A stretch of DNA of 44,000 nucleotides, taken from Basidiobolus ranarum (Eukaryota). The DNA lies in contig JASJQH010000031.1 in NCBI GenBank assembly GCA_040143965.1, positions 1 to 44,000 of the forward strand, in the 5' to 3' direction. The notes beneath the pieces were generated by a model. The model was not told the DNA's origin. It did not search any database and was given only the letters and a program-made list of their open reading frames with translations. The position numbers and the translations under genes are program-made. This document shows, piece by piece, positions 23,599 to 37,931 of the stretch. Each line of letters starts with the position of its first letter. Within the stretch, counting starts at the first letter, position 1.

Positions 23599-26500
23599 TT
23601 ATACAATCTCGATAGGGCTTTCAGAGTGGAGTTTTTGGGGTGAGCTTTTGGTTGGCATTCCAGAGGGAAGTGGCCCGGTGGTATTGTCGGACGCTGGAGT
23701 GCACTTCTCGATAAAGTCATTGAGTTCATTGAGAACAAAAGACGATACCGAGATACCACATATGAATCCATGTTGCAGTGGTATGATGACGGCATGTTCG
23801 TCATTAGAATACTGTGATTGCAGAGCAAGTGCTTGACCTACCTGACTAATGAATTGGTTGAACCCAGGGATGGGCTGAGGATTGATGTGTGATCTGGCGA
23901 GGAGTAATTTCGCTGGATCATCAGGTGAGTTCGTCGGGTTCGGTGGAGAGGGCTGTGGTGAGGTTGGCGAACCAAATGACGAGAATGCTGCATCCGACAT
24001 AAATAGACGTGTAGCCGAAGACAGGCGAATATCAATCACAAACCTAAATATACATACACATTAGTACTTGAAGAACACTTGAAACGATCTCTAAAAACTC
24101 ACTTGGATGGGAAATGTAGTCTGATGTGTGTTGCATGGCGCGGAATGATCGTAAGCCCTTTTCCAAAGGTATCTTTAGCATCTCTCTTGCGCTGGAGTTC
24201 GTCCAAAGCACACAGCAGAGGCAACGTGTCGTTAAGGAGATTGATAAGTTGCTTTAGATCTCGATTTTGATTAAGATAGTCCTCAAGGCAAAAGCGAAGC
24301 TTTCGATGAGGATTCTTATGTTTTCCCTGGCCCAAATTCTCCTTCAAAGCAAGAGTGTAATGACTTTTACGGTGACGGGGGCTAGCGGGTGTCCAACAAA
24401 TGACCAAAGAGAATCGCTCTTTTCCGTAAGACACTTTGAGTTGTGTGAGATCAAAGTAATCGATACTTGGCTCTGCATAGATCTGTTTTGCTAGAAGCGA
24501 CACCATAATAACGGTTTCCCAGTCATTGAGAAATTGAGAAATACAGCCATCGAAATCACTATATTTGAAGGATAAAATTCGAGTTTCGTGATCAAACTGC
24601 AGCTGTTTGGAGTCATTTTGTTCGTTATCTTGGATGGTCGGTATATACTGAGACAGAATCCGCGTTTCCATAGATACTTGACAAGTACTTTTACCTGAAG
24701 CATACCAATCAGCCAAGCGAATATTAAGGCTACCAGTCATAATTGTTGAGCAGTCGACTCCTTTGGTGCTAATGGGAATGTCTCGGGGATTTACTTGCAT
24801 GAAGGGAACTTGCGAGATGGGATTGGAGGAATCTTGAGTGCGGAAATCAGCAGCATCGCATTCAAGAGGTATGGGATGAATGTATTGGAACGGAATCTTC
24901 AGCTCAGTCAATTGTTTCTCGAGTTTTTCGAAAGATATCCGTGCACGACAAAAGGAATCTATTTTAGATAAGAGACCGAGGTCGATCGATAATTCGCTTG
25001 TCCCCTTCTCGGATAGCTTGGTTTGTCCGTTTAGCTTATGTGTAGTGCTGGACTTCTGTATGGTTGTCTGGGTTGATATCCGATGATGGCGGAGTAGAGA
25101 TGCTAGCTCAAGCTGCACCGAGTTGTTCAAAGTCATCAAGTGAGAGCCACCTTGTGAGGGGACCAGGCTAATTAGTCGAAAACTCAACGCATTTTCTACA
25201 ATGCTAACCACCAGATAGTAGCTCGGGTGCTGTGTAAACTGTAAGTACAAAACTCGACTTCCGCTGGTCCCAAACTTGGCGATATCTTCATTGCGAAGAG
25301 GCAGAATGGGATACGGCTCCAAACCAAGATACCGTGCCATGGTCTCTACATCATCTATCAAAGTGGCATATTTCAATTCCAACAGCAAACTTGGAAGTTT
25401 GACGAAATTCTCATTCAATTTGTCTTCAAGTGCTCGTAATTTGTTATCACTTTCGTGAACCACTTTGTCCGACATACCAATCACTACACGTCCGGTACGA
25501 ATATCCACATTCAGTGTAAGATAGCGGTCTTGACGATAACGGACTTGCAGACCACACGTAGAGGACTGAGATTTCGATGTACCGACGTGTTGCTCATCCA
25601 GAATCTCAAGATCATTTTTGGTAAATTCTATTCTATTACTTACAAATGAAGACGCGAGCAAAATATCCCGGAAACGAGTGATAACTGCACGTGCGTGAAG
25701 TTCAGCAATCCGCATCAGAAGGCTCTCAACATCAAGCTCTCCAGACTGAATCTCATAATTATCGATTATGCTTCCATCGGTATCAGATCCACCCTCACAA
25801 TGGACACGAAGGGCGGTTTTGGGATACTTCAACGACGGAATCTCCTCCTCTACTTCCGATCGTGAAGTACCTTCTGTGTCGTCTTCATCAGTCAAAGATG
25901 GGCTATATTCCTCCAAGTTGACGATACCAATCTCGATACAGTTTGATGCCTTCGTTGAAGAGGGTTGCGCATTTTTCCACGTTGTAGCAGGGCGCTTGCT
26001 GAGTATAGAAAATTCGATCAGCATTGGTAATGCGTATAACAATGGTAATGGGCATAAACACAGATTCACGCCATGCGATTCATACTAACCACCAATATTT
26101 CAGTTTGATTGATGTTCGGAATTGATTAATCTCCACGATAAGATTATCAGCCCAGCGAGACTTTGCCAAATGTAAGGCCTTGTGGTTCAATGAATATCAG
26201 CTACTGCAATGAGAATAAGCAACATCAGATAAATATTTGTTACCTGTAGATAGAGAACCTCTAGTTGCATGGAAAGACAAAAGGTATCTGTCAATAGATA
26301 GGTGAAGGAAAAATAAGAGTAGGTCGACGAACAAGTAATGCAAAGGGCAATTCATCATTTTAAAAGGATACGAAGATAGTCATATAGTCGAACTAGGGGA
26401 TATTTTGGTAGCTTGTGGACTTCAGGAGATTCTTCTGAACTGAAAGGCTCTGTGGGCTGTTCTTGCCCTTCTTCGGGCTCAGGAGCGGGGGGCTTCTGGG

Positions 26501-28000
26501 GCATTGAAGCTTGGGGGATCAACCTTTGTTGAGCGTTTACAATTAGATTTCGAATCTGATAATCCGTTAAGGATGTATCCATATCTACGCATAAGGAGAA
26601 GTTAGACATCTGAAAAGGTTGGTTGCATATGTTGAGAGCTGCTTTACCTGTAGTCACCTTGGATTTCTCTGAGCACACCAAGATGTCTAGAGATACAATA
26701 TGCCATGGTATATCTTCTTCAGCGCCAAATAAAGTTAGTGATACCTAACAAACGCACGAGTTAAGCATGTCAAATCTAATACATAAACTACTGATGACTA
26801 CGTACCTCGAATTCATGCTCAACGTGAAATACAACACGACCATTGGCTAATATAATTGTTAAAGTTGAACAGTCAAGAATTCATTGTAATAAATATCGGA
26901 CTTACCAATCTTGTATTTGGCCATAGGCGAAGGAAGTGTTTCTTTGCAAATCATGCGCACACGAATTAAGTCATTTAGTCTAGACAATGTGCCAGCAACG
27001 TCGTTATCTTGCAATGGATCGAGAGGAATATAATGAGACTGTAAATGACAAGTAAGTATAATTCCATCGCCAAATTGCCAATAATAGAATCACGAACTCG
27101 AATAATTGTTGGTAATCGCTGATAAGTTCCAGTAGTGAGAACGTCAATAGCTGTCAAGATATCGTAGTTTCGTACTCTAAAGTTGGAGGGAGATACGCAT
27201 TAAAGCTAGTTTTCAACACCAACCAAGTCTACTAAAGATTACCTGGCTTGGGACATGGTAGTATATATTCCGTACAGCGCATCTACTGTTCTCGAAAATG
27301 CTTCATTTTGTTTTTGAAGGAAGCCAATAATGTTCTAGTAAAACGGGGAGAAAATGATTTGAGTAAACGTGCTTGATTCGAACATGATGTTCACCATATT
27401 TCAACCTGACACTGCTGCACTTTGTCCGCATTGACGGCCCATTTAACCAACACAAGCAGCTTGATGAATTGTTGTCGTGTATTAAGCGAATATTCTAATA
27501 TTGCGCGCTTTCGTTCTATGGTTGGCATTCCCGGGAGTCTAAAGAAAGTTTAGTTAGATTGTAGCAAAAGAAGCGCATGTCTGAGGATGAACGATTTGAA
27601 AATGAAGGTATTGCCGCTAACTGATAAAAGTATAACGCGTGAAGATAATTTCACATGAGAATAAACAGGCTGAACGATGTATTTCAAGTAAAATAGAAAC
27701 AGAGATCCAAGGGAAAGATAACAGGGAACGCGAAATATAATTGAAGCGTGGAATAGCACATGATACAGTTTGCTTTAATAAAGAAGTAACTTACACTTCG
27801 GTCAGATTCTGTAGATCGGCATAAGCTTGGTTGACTAATCTTTCAATGATCAGGCGTAGAGGAACCATGTTGTGCATCACCTGTTCCATCTCATCATCAT
27901 TTGAAAGTGTACCATTGGGTACGTCTGTGTCATTCTTTATAGGTTCTACTTCATTATTGGTTAGACCATTGGTCTGCTCTACACCGTTATTATTCACCAT
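23599..28000 (-). CDS. MED14: Mediator complex subunit 14 (Rgr1); about 10 introns
   Basis: Spliced N-terminus VPLRLIIERLVNQAYADLQNLTEVLP...RKRAILEY...RQQFIKLLVLVKWA...ARVRNYDILTAIDVLTTGTYQRLP, then YKIANGRVVFHVEHEFEVSLTL and LYDYLHTFCLSMQLEVL. The ATG is at 28000. Confidence 0.9.
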
Positions 28001-28455
28001 AGCAAATTCGAAGGTCGAAAAGCAGACGGACAGCAACAAGGGTGAATTTGCAGCACAAATGCCTATGTCATCCGTAAAAAATCATGTTTTATCAATGGCC
28101 AAATAAGATTATTTTTGATAAATCTTTTTATTCAACCTTGTCAGATTAATGAAAATTGAACGATAACTTCGAAAGCTATATTTCCATATGATTTCGGTAT
28201 TTCATTAATGGAATTAGATTATTGTTAATGATTCGAATTAATATCATTGCATAAACCCAATTCACTTGATAGTCAATATTGGTTGAAAATTAGTCGGAGT
28301 TAAACGTCATTACCACCAGATAGTTGCTCGTTACTTCTGACCAAACCTGAGCTCTTCCTGCAGGTGTTTTTGAAGTCTTTGACCATCCCAATATTATTAA
28401 AAATTTAATTACCTAGAGGAGCACCTATACGTCTTATATTATATTTATTGGAATT
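28001..28455. promoter_or_regulatory. Probable bidirectional promoter between MED14 and TRAPPC11
   Basis: Head-to-head start codons separated by 455 bp of AT-rich sequence. Confidence 0.5.
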
Positions 28456-31400
28456 ATGGATTCATTTCCGTCTGAATTTACCCATCACCTGTTGCCTGTG
28501 ATGGCGGTCTCTGGACTGTCTTCACCTTGCGCCGAAACAGGGAACAATACACCAGAGGCTTTTTTAAGTTCGAATAATTTTAATAGATTTCTACCAGCTC
28601 GGCAAACATTTTACAAGAACTTGATATCTTTACTAAAAGCGAAGACCACAACAAACATTTGGGAGGCGAACCCGATGGGGAATGGAACTTCCTTGTTCCA
28701 GATTCAGTTTGTTTCGAAAGTAAGTTTTTGCAACAATTGACTGTTATGTTTACCTCAACCTTTAACTTGGATTTAAGGATTTTCAACTTCCAGTAAAGCG
28801 AAACAAAAATTCGGGAGGCGGGTTCCATTCACCACTATCACCGTTATCACAGTCTAGTCCTCTGTACCCAGATGGCATAATGAGTCCAATGTGGATTCGG
28901 AAGCAAAAGGATACAAAACCTGGAGTATTGGTGATGTTTTCAGAATTACCTGCTTTGAACGACAATAATGAACAAAAGGTAGTTGGACCTTTGGCAGCTG
29001 TTAGTGTGTTAGAGCGAGAAAAGGACGCTACTTTAATTTCAGAAATTGTAGAGCATAGGTATGTACAATCTATCGGTTTTGAATAGAAGAGGATAATCAC
29101 TCATTTTCTAAATCATCAGAAAAAACTCTCAAGAGGCTGGGTCAAAGTTTGCCGTTGTATTGATGCTGAGGGCTCATGATGCTGGTACACCTATCCAATA
29201 CCTAATAGAACCAATGCGATGATTTGTATTAAGTACTTGTCCTGTAGAGAATCCCAATATCGAGGATAGAATAACGAGCATCCGACGAGCATCTGGTCTT
29301 GATCAAAGAAATTCATTCTTCGTGCTCCCACCACTTGGACCCTCTGAGCTCCAGGAGTTTATCAACAAGTAATTCTTTTCTTGACATAGAGGTTGCTCAC
29401 TCTACAATTCATCACTAACATTTCCACAGCTTTCAGAGGTCATTGTATGAGCCCGCCATCAACTTTTATCGTGAGCAAGGGAAGCACATGAAAAAGAAAA
29501 GATCAAGAATTCCCATGCCACAGCCACCAAAATCACCCGTGATGAACCCTAACCCGGAAAAACCTTCAGAGTTACCTTTGTCGAATCTCGGCTGGTTGGT
29601 AAGATACGATTTCAAGATGGCAACGTTTGCTGAGTTTCGGCAAGACCCTGAGAGTGCACTCAAGTTCGTTATTTGCTTTCTCCATATCTCTATTTGTCAT
29701 CTGTTAATGAGCTATTGGTGATTCTATAATAGATACTACGAGTCTAGTTACATGAACCTGGTTGACATGTTTTCACCCGGCGTCACTGCAGCTACTGGAT
29801 GTCCATCGCTAGTTCCAAACACCAAGAGGTGGTCTGAAGCACGGATTCTAGCTGAAGCAATCCACCTGAAGGTACCGCGATCCTTATTTTGAGTTTCATT
29901 ACCATTGTCTGACAATCTTATTGCCACTAGATATGTAAATTGAACTTTTACATGGACAGTCCCAATGCTTCTCTCATCCAACTACAACGCCACTTGGATA
30001 TTTTCCCCATTATTCTGAGCAATGCTACGATCACCTCCGAATCATTTGAGTATTGGGCTTGGCTGTCTAAACAGTACCTATCGTTTCTTCCCCTCTTTCC
30101 ATTATCGAACTCTAACAGAACCTATCCACATTGAACTTAGATACCGCGCTTTCGCCGAGTTAGTTGAATTGGCCACTAAGCATGGGATGCGTATTCCCTC
30201 GCCAGAGGCTCAGGCTTCAAATATGCATGTTAGTGGGGCAGTCTTACCCGATTACCGAGCTGGATTCAGTGGGAGTCATCCTACTGCAGCTGGAAGTGGT
30301 GTATGCCCAGGGTTAGTAATACAGCATGCTGGGTTTTACTATTACTCTTCCGCAGTTTGTAGTATGGAAAGAAGACATTGGTTTTTGGATATATCCGAGG
30401 TAAATAAGAAACTAGCCATTCCGACTCCAATTCCAGTCTTATTAACAGGATTCTCTGTTGACAAACTACTAGAAAATGGAAAAAGAAAGCAACCAAGAGA
30501 ATCTGGATCTCAATACCGAGAAGAAATTTGATCACACAGCGATCATCATCGAGCTGTTAACCAAGAGTTATGAACAATTTAAGAAATACAAGAACGCAAG
30601 GATGACACTATTTCTTGCTGCTGAGATTGCCAAGTCTTACTTTGATGGAGGGAAATATGAAATGGCACTGAAGTAAGTGCATCCTCTTTGCCGGTGTTGC
30701 GTGTATTGCGTGGTTAATCCATTTATTTGAAAGGTTTTTCGAACGAATCGCCAAGACATATCGAAAGGAAAATTGGAATACCATTCTAGCCTCTATTTTA
30801 CACAGTTCTCTCGTTTGTACTCGAGAACTTCAATTATGGGAAAGTGCAGTTGGTTATTTGATTGAGTTACTTTCGGATCAGGTTACTATCGACCACGAAG
30901 CCCGCGAAGCTTATCAACGCGAGCTAGTTCAAATATTAACGGAACAGAAGAACGAAGAACCTAAGTCGATCATTATCGATTTAGATCAAATTAACTCTTT
31001 GGTCCATTTTGGAGTTCAATTTGAATCTGGGAATGCGTTCGTTGGAACCCCAGCTAAGTTTCAAGTAACCGCCACCACTAGTTGCCCTTTGCCTTTAGAG
31101 ATATCTTCTTTACGTCTAGTTTTCAATGACTCTAGCTTTGATCACCACCTTTATCATCACCAAGACCAGGTCAAGGATGTAAAAGGAGTCCAATGGATTG
31201 ATATTAAAGATTCTCGTCAGAAGGAAGGTGAGGATGGGCTTGCTTGGTCGAAACAGGTGGATTTACGACTCTCAAATGAAGACATCAAGATACTCGAAGG
31301 TAGTATAACCCCAAGAGAAATTTCAGAGCTCAAGGTTAGAAAGCAAAGATTGTGCCCAATATGCACTAATGAATAATATTACTTATGAGGCGCGCAATAT

Positions 31401-33133
31401 CTTTTCAACTCGTAGGTCGCTGTGATTGCTTGTCATATATCCACCCCAGGGTGGCAGCTCACATTAAACTACCCCTTACCGAACCATGACAATAACTTAA
31501 AGAAGATGAAATGGTTGGATGTTAAGCAACAGGAGGATCAAGGTATTCTTTTTATTCGGAGTTCTATTAAAACATTAATTTAAATTGGACATTCAGTAGT
31601 GAAGAAGTTCATCTCACTTGATGAGGCGGAGGATCGCTCCACACTCAGGTTTGTTTTCACAACGTTGCTCTACAAATCTCCATTATTCACCCTATGTCTC
31701 TCAAATCCAGGGTAACTCACCGACGACCAAAAATGGAAATGAAAGTGGATTGCGAACAGGTTGCTCTACTTGATGAGGCCTATCCAGTAAACGTGGTAAT
31801 TACCAGTCAAGAAGAGCGCAAGGCTCAGGTCACACTTACGGTGGAAATCAAGGCTGGGGCTGCCCACGGCTTAGATGACATGGTAGATTTGGATCCATCA
31901 TTCGAATCAGCTGAACAAACATTTACACACGACTTGGGCCAAGTAAACCCAAATGAAGTCAAAGATCTCACCTTTTTTATCCGCGGCAGTCAGCAACCTC
32001 TAGAAAGATTACTGACACTCACGCTAAGATATTACCTTGACTCACCCGATGCCTCAAACGACCAACTTAATGTATATGAAAAGCGAGAAACGTTGCAAAT
32101 TGAACTTCAGCAGCCTTTCCAAACCGAATTCAAGGTATATCCAGAGGACTTGAACGTGCCCGATGAACCTGATTCTTTATCTAGAACAGAGCACAATTTA
32201 TTGGTAACTCAAATCAAGAGCCTCGCTTTGGCTGATTTAGAAGTTCGTAAGATTGAGCTTCAGGTCACGGTAAGTGAAATCTTTTGCCAGTACAATCAAC
32301 AACATTAGTGATTTTAATCATCTAAAGCAGAAGTCAATCGCCCCAAACAATACCGCTGTAAAGTTGTTATCTGGCTCGGAAGTTACAAACAAGGATTACA
32401 CTGGTAATGAAGCTATAGTTGGCCGATATTTCTCTCATCATATTTACTCAAACATTCTATATCATTAGTGTTTAAACCTGGCTATGTCTTCAGCTGCAAT
32501 CACCTTTTGGCATTCGAAACCGAAGATATTACAATTCCCAAGGAAAGTGTGGAAGTGGGATATTTGGAAGTCTCATGGAAACGGTAAGAAACCACCTACA
32601 TAAATGACCTTTGACCGTTTACATTCTAACAAACCTCGGATCTAGCCGGACGCCCCATCCTGCACTTCAAGATCGTGTGTTCACAAGTGTTGTAATGATT
32701 CCGCGTATCGAATTATCAAAACCAGCTCTAAAAATCACCCTAGGTCAGTGTCTCCCCCTCTTAGCCTTTGTATCGTATATTAACCTGATATATTATAGAT
32801 GTCCCTGCTGAGATATACCTTGCCACACCATTCACCTTTACTTATGTTATTGAAAACCCTACATCGCAAATGGAAGAGCTTGTAGCCATTGTGGATGCCT
32901 CCAATCAATTAATATTCTCTGGTTATAAGCAACATCTTGTTCGCATTCTTCCGCTTAGTACCACCAAGCTTAGATTCAACGGTTATGCTTTGGCTCCTGG
33001 AAAATCAACCGTTCCGAAGCTTAGGTTGGTGGAGCCCGGAAGTGAGAATGAAGGAATCAGCCTCGATAATGAAGAGCTTGCGATCTATGTCAAACCAGCC
33101 CCGGTAAAGCTCCAACCCGTGGCGGAAGTTTAA
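28456..33133 (+). CDS. TRAPPC11: Trafficking protein particle complex subunit 11 (Foie gras/Gryzun); about 16 introns
   Basis: MDSFPSEFTHHLLPVMAVSGL, HSPLSPLSQSSPLYPDGIMSPMWIRK, GWLVRYDFKMATFAEFRQD, FEYWAWLSKQYRAFAEL, HAGFYY, IIIELLTKSYEQF and YRKENW, followed by Ig-like C-terminal domains. Confidence 0.9.
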
Positions 33134-34773
33134 GCTACAAGTTCACACTTACCTTTTGTTGTATAAAAACCAGTTATTAAGCCACTATTCCTCAAGTTAT
33201 TTTCATGTGTTATATGCCAAGATGGTGTAATAATAAGTAAAATAAACGACACTCTCATCGTGTCACGTCTGCTCACTTGGCAGCCTAAAAGACTATTGAG
33301 ACTTTCTTCAATTTAAACACTTACCAACGGTCTTTATGGTTTCATAACTAACCGTTCGGGCAATATATGTAAATGACATCGCTCCATAGTTGGAATCATT
33401 AGTAGGATATCATGTATATGGTTTAGTTAATTTGTCACATCACATTTGATATTAAAAACACAGTAATCTAACCTACTTAAGCTGTCGAAGCACTAATTAA
33501 CAAGGCACTTGTGCATTACAGGTAATCAGGTCCAGCTCACAGAATGTGGCTTGATATGTAAGCATATTTCCATTAGCACAACTTTCCTGAATCTATATAT
33601 CTCATGTACTACGAAGGCCTTGTATGACGTCTCTAAGTTTGACCTAATAAATCTAAATCAATTATTTCTCATGTGGAGTGTACAAATACATGTGCCTCAT
33701 TATGCAACAAACCTGCTCTTTTATCCAAGCAACAACAGCTATATAGACCAAGAACCCATCGTCTTAATCAACGTTAGCAAAGCTTAGAGCTTGTAAACCA
33801 TGGCCAGAAACACATGATGGGAGCCCAGCATAATATCAATCACCAGAGCTATATCCTTAGCGCCAAGGCGAAACCTTGGCAATGACAATTCTATACAATA
33901 TATATAATGCATGGGTATGGGTATGGATTAGTGGTAAAGCCAAGAATTGTAATAAATGTATCACGTCTCAACATAGACAGGCCAATGAATGGTGCGGAAT
34001 CTGGGTTTAAAATAGAATACTAATCTTGAAACACTAACTTAACGCTCGATTCGTTTGATCTTACTACTTGAATCATTGCAATAAAGAAAACCTGTTTCCT
34101 TTATCTGATAACCACTATTCCCTGTTGGTTTCACCGAAAGTTGCCCGATTTCTGCACTATTTGTTAGTAGTAAGAGATTTTCAGTTTCTGCATGCAATAA
34201 GAATTTGATTTGCTATGGATGATATATGACAGCTCCATTCTAAATTCCCGGCTCATAAGTGCAGCTATAATAAGTAAAATTGTGACTGGCTCAACGGGAG
34301 AAATCCGAACATTTGTCCAATCAAGTTGATTTGTGTGGATCTCAGGGATCATCTAGTGGCAATTTCGTTTCCATCCTATTAGCACTAAATGATGTAAATG
34401 ATGGGTTCAAGAGTTGTACAGCTTAGATCTGTTGAAACCTAATGGGGTACAGACGTCTGGAATTCAAACAAATATGGTTGTACGTTTAATTGATAATTTA
34501 TGAATTGGGACGTGATTTCCGCCATGCAGTAATGGCTTGCAGGCTCCTTCCATTAAGCAATAAATTCTCCACTACTTCCTTACTTCCGGTTTCTTAATCT
34601 ATATCATAGTATTCACACTTTCTGTCTTTTCCTAACAAAAGGTTATTTGAACTTTACTCAACTTCTAATCTTTAGAGCTTGTTATTTTCGTTCTCTTACA
34701 CCCCTACTACCTATTACTTGAACTTGTATTTTACCCGTACTTTATAGACCTTTATTATACTTAATATATTACT

Positions 34774-36723
34774 ATGTCGTTAATGAAGGTTAGTCATAAA
34801 CTGGGTACTCTTTGGACTTCAGTGCATACATTTAACAACGTTGGGTTACTATAGCTGGAGCTCGAACAATGGCAGTTAGCTGCAAAAGCTTTTGATGAGA
34901 AGAAGTATGAGACTGCCCTTGAGATGTTTGAGGTATTCCATATTCATTAGGGTTATCAAAAATGAACTCCTTCTTACTTTTTAAATTTAGACTGTTGGTG
35001 AATCGGCCAAAATATTTTTTAATATCGGTGTTATCTTAAGTACTTTGAATGAACACGAGTCTGCTGTAAGTCCCAGATTCAACAAGAACAATTCTTTATC
35101 CTGTTCTAACTTTGAATATTTGTAATTCATCAATAGGTGCGGGCTTATACATCGGCTTTACAACAAGACCAATACTTTGCTGTTGCTTATTTTCAAAAGG
35201 GTGTTTCCAACATGATTCTCAAAGATTTCGAGGCCGCTTTTGAAGATTTCAATGATTCTTTATTGGTAAGTTTTTGACCAGAATGCGTGATTTTCTCCTG
35301 AAATATATGGAATGTTTAAACTGACTTTTTGTTTCATCTCCAACTGTAGTATCTTCGTGGTAATCTTTACATCGATTATGCACAACTTGGACTTGATTTC
35401 AAGCTATATTCTTGCGAAGTCTTGTTCAACAGAGCTTTATGCTATTTTTATTTGGACGAGGATGCGCTTGGAATGAATGACCTTTTAGCTGCACAAAAGG
35501 AGAAGCAAATTCCCAAGCATTGTATCATTGATAAAGCAATAGATAATAAGGCCCAAGTAATATCTCACATCCAAGTATATCCATTCCTTTCTAGATCTAA
35601 CGTGAATTGATACTTTTAGGATTGCGCCTTCTACAGTATTCCGCGTGGTGTTTTATATCGACCATGTGAGAGCAAAATCAAAAACTCCAAGAAGGTCGAC
35701 TACCTTGGTAATTCAAAGCTTATTGCTGCTGCAGACGATAAGGATACATTTACTGGATTTAAGGGCGCCCTAGTCCGTAAGGTACGATTCAATGTCTCCT
35801 CACACAGCTGATGTTGTGTCTGATCATATGTTTTTTTAGGCCACATACATGGCAACTACCAGCCCTGTTCCATCGGTCAAATCCGGTTTTGGGAAACCTA
35901 TGGCTGAGGCGATTACCTCGCGTGAATTCAAATCTAATCCATATTCTAATAACCAATTCACCAGAGCTGCTATGGCTGCAAATGAAGAATCAGATGATTA
36001 TATCCCTGATATGGTTATGCCTGCAAATCATCCCCTTAACAATGTGTCCAATCTTATGCCCAAGCCATCCCTAGTTCGTCGTGCCACTCTTGGAGATTCT
36101 CTACGTCGTTCAAACTCCAGGGCTGCTGAGAGATTTCGGTCAAAGCCTAGTTTGGTCCGACACAACACTGCTGCTGGATATGGTAAGCCTGGCGATGACC
36201 ATGAGGTTCCTAGACTTGATATCAGAGCAGCACTGGCTTCAACACCCAGAGCCCATTCTCCTTTGGCTTCACATCCACCAAATAATCCTCTAAATGGATC
36301 TGATACGCCCGCTCTATCCCCTTTAAGCACATCTCCAACATCTAGTTTGGGTTCGGCCGAAGACTCTGCCTCACTCTTCAACTCCTCCAAGTCCATGAGA
36401 GTTCCTAAAGGCAAAGTAAGTTGTACACTCAAATGCTACTTTTATATGCATGACACTGATTTTCTGTCTAGCTCAAGGTGAAATGTCATTACAATGATAC
36501 CCGCGTGATTTTAGTAGATTATAACGTGACATTTGATGGATTACTCAGTCGGATTAAAGACAAGTATGCTATAGAGAGCCCGGTGAAACTAAAGTATCGT
36601 GATGAGGATGATGAATTGGTTCTTATCACCGATCAAGACGACTTGGACTTGGCTCGCGGTCTTCTCGATGATGACTCGGATTCTGGGTTGAGCGATCGTC
36701 TAGAGGTCTGGTGTTTTGTTTAG
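34774..36723 (+). CDS. noxR: NADPH oxidase regulator NoxR (p67phox homologue; TPR plus PB1); 8 exons, first coding exon 15 nt
   Basis: MSLMKLELEQWQLAAKAFDEKKYETALEMFE...SAKIFFNIG...QDQYFAVAYFQKGVSN...LRGNLYIDYAQLGLDFKLYSCEVLFNRAL...YRP..SKIKNSKKVDYLGNSKL. C-terminal PB1 domain KVKCHYNDTR...KYRDEDDELVLITDQDDL. Confidence 0.93.
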
Positions 36724-37476
36724 TTCCATCACATCACAAAATCACCTTCCCTACACGCCCATATACTTTACATCTTTACATGAAATGCATATAAATCTTC
36801 ATACTACAGCTGGTCATTTTATGTTGATTTCAACTTTGCTAGTCTTACACCTTACACACATAAAGCTGACCAATTCAATGCTAGCCATAAAACTTACAAG
36901 AGACATCAATATTGCTCTAATAAGAGTGGAATTTAATCTATCTTTCACCCATCGGGTATTTAATTGAACCACAGTCATACACACTCGCACTTTTGTAATA
37001 AAGGAAAAATTTTCCCCCCAATATCTTATCTCTAGTGCCATTGGCTGGTACCAAAGAGTAATTTATCGATGGAGCTGCGATCAGACCTAGACTTTTTTAT
37101 CATCGAAAACCAACAAAAGCCATCAAAGCATCGCCATGAAGTCAACGAAACCCATCAAATTATAGCTGTAGAATGATCGAGAATTGGCCTGTTGTCAATG
37201 ACGTTTTATTCAAAGCTCATTTTTGTCATTCTTGAGACAAATCAACCAAATCAACCGGCGCATGATTCAAAGCTTAAAGAAACAGGCCGCAGTTGTTCGA
37301 ACGCTACCCCCTACTTGCACTATGTACGCCAGCCCATCGCTTCCCCATCATCCTGACTTTGCTCGCTGCTCCCATATCAATTGGCTTTCTACTTCGCTTA
37401 TGGAGAGCATTTTTTTTCTTTCCCAAAAAGGAAGACCATATTACAACTAGTCATAAGTGTGGAATCAAGATCAATG

Positions 37477-37516
37477 CAATTTATACAGTCTATACACAAT
37501 TTATACAGTCTATACA
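37477..37516. repeat. Perfect 20-bp tandem duplication upstream of eIF4G
   Basis: caatttatacagtctataca x2. Confidence 0.9.
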
Positions 37517-37931
37517 CTAAAAGGTGTTCCATTTATATAGAAATTTAAGTCAGAAAAAAAAAGGAGGCTATTACGGCTAAAAAATTCTTACATTACGAAA
37601 ATAAAAAAAAATTAAAGCGATCTCTTCGAGAAGAGCCCTAGGTTCTGGTGATCTTCTACCCCTTAAGAGCATCACTACGTGTTGTTATTCTTTTAGTTTT
37701 CCATCTCTAAAGAAAACTATTGGCATTCGCAAGGATCATTTATCCCGTTATCTGCGAAGCCATCCATCTATAAAACTTCGATCGTTAATTAACTTTCGAC
37801 TTTTCCTCTTCGTTCGGTTCACTTCCTTACGATATCTTCTCTAACGGTTCTCTATATACCGTTTAGTCCCAGATTCCCATTTCTTTTTTTCTTTTTCTTT
37901 TTTTTTGTAATTTACTTCACACGTTCAAGTT

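Noticed and set aside
33855-33880. GCCAAGG-CGAAA-CCTTGGC hairpin containing CGAAAC, reminiscent of a hammerhead ribozyme or terminator
   Set aside because: There is no CUGANGA core upstream and no U-tract. A 7-bp stem is expected by chance in 44 kb.
33509-34352. Short ORFs between TRAPPC11 and NoxR (also 3818-4066, 7888-8355, 20055-20336 and 36716-37520)
   Set aside because: They have no motifs, often non-ATG starts and no coherent exon chain. I treated them as intergenic or UTR sequence.
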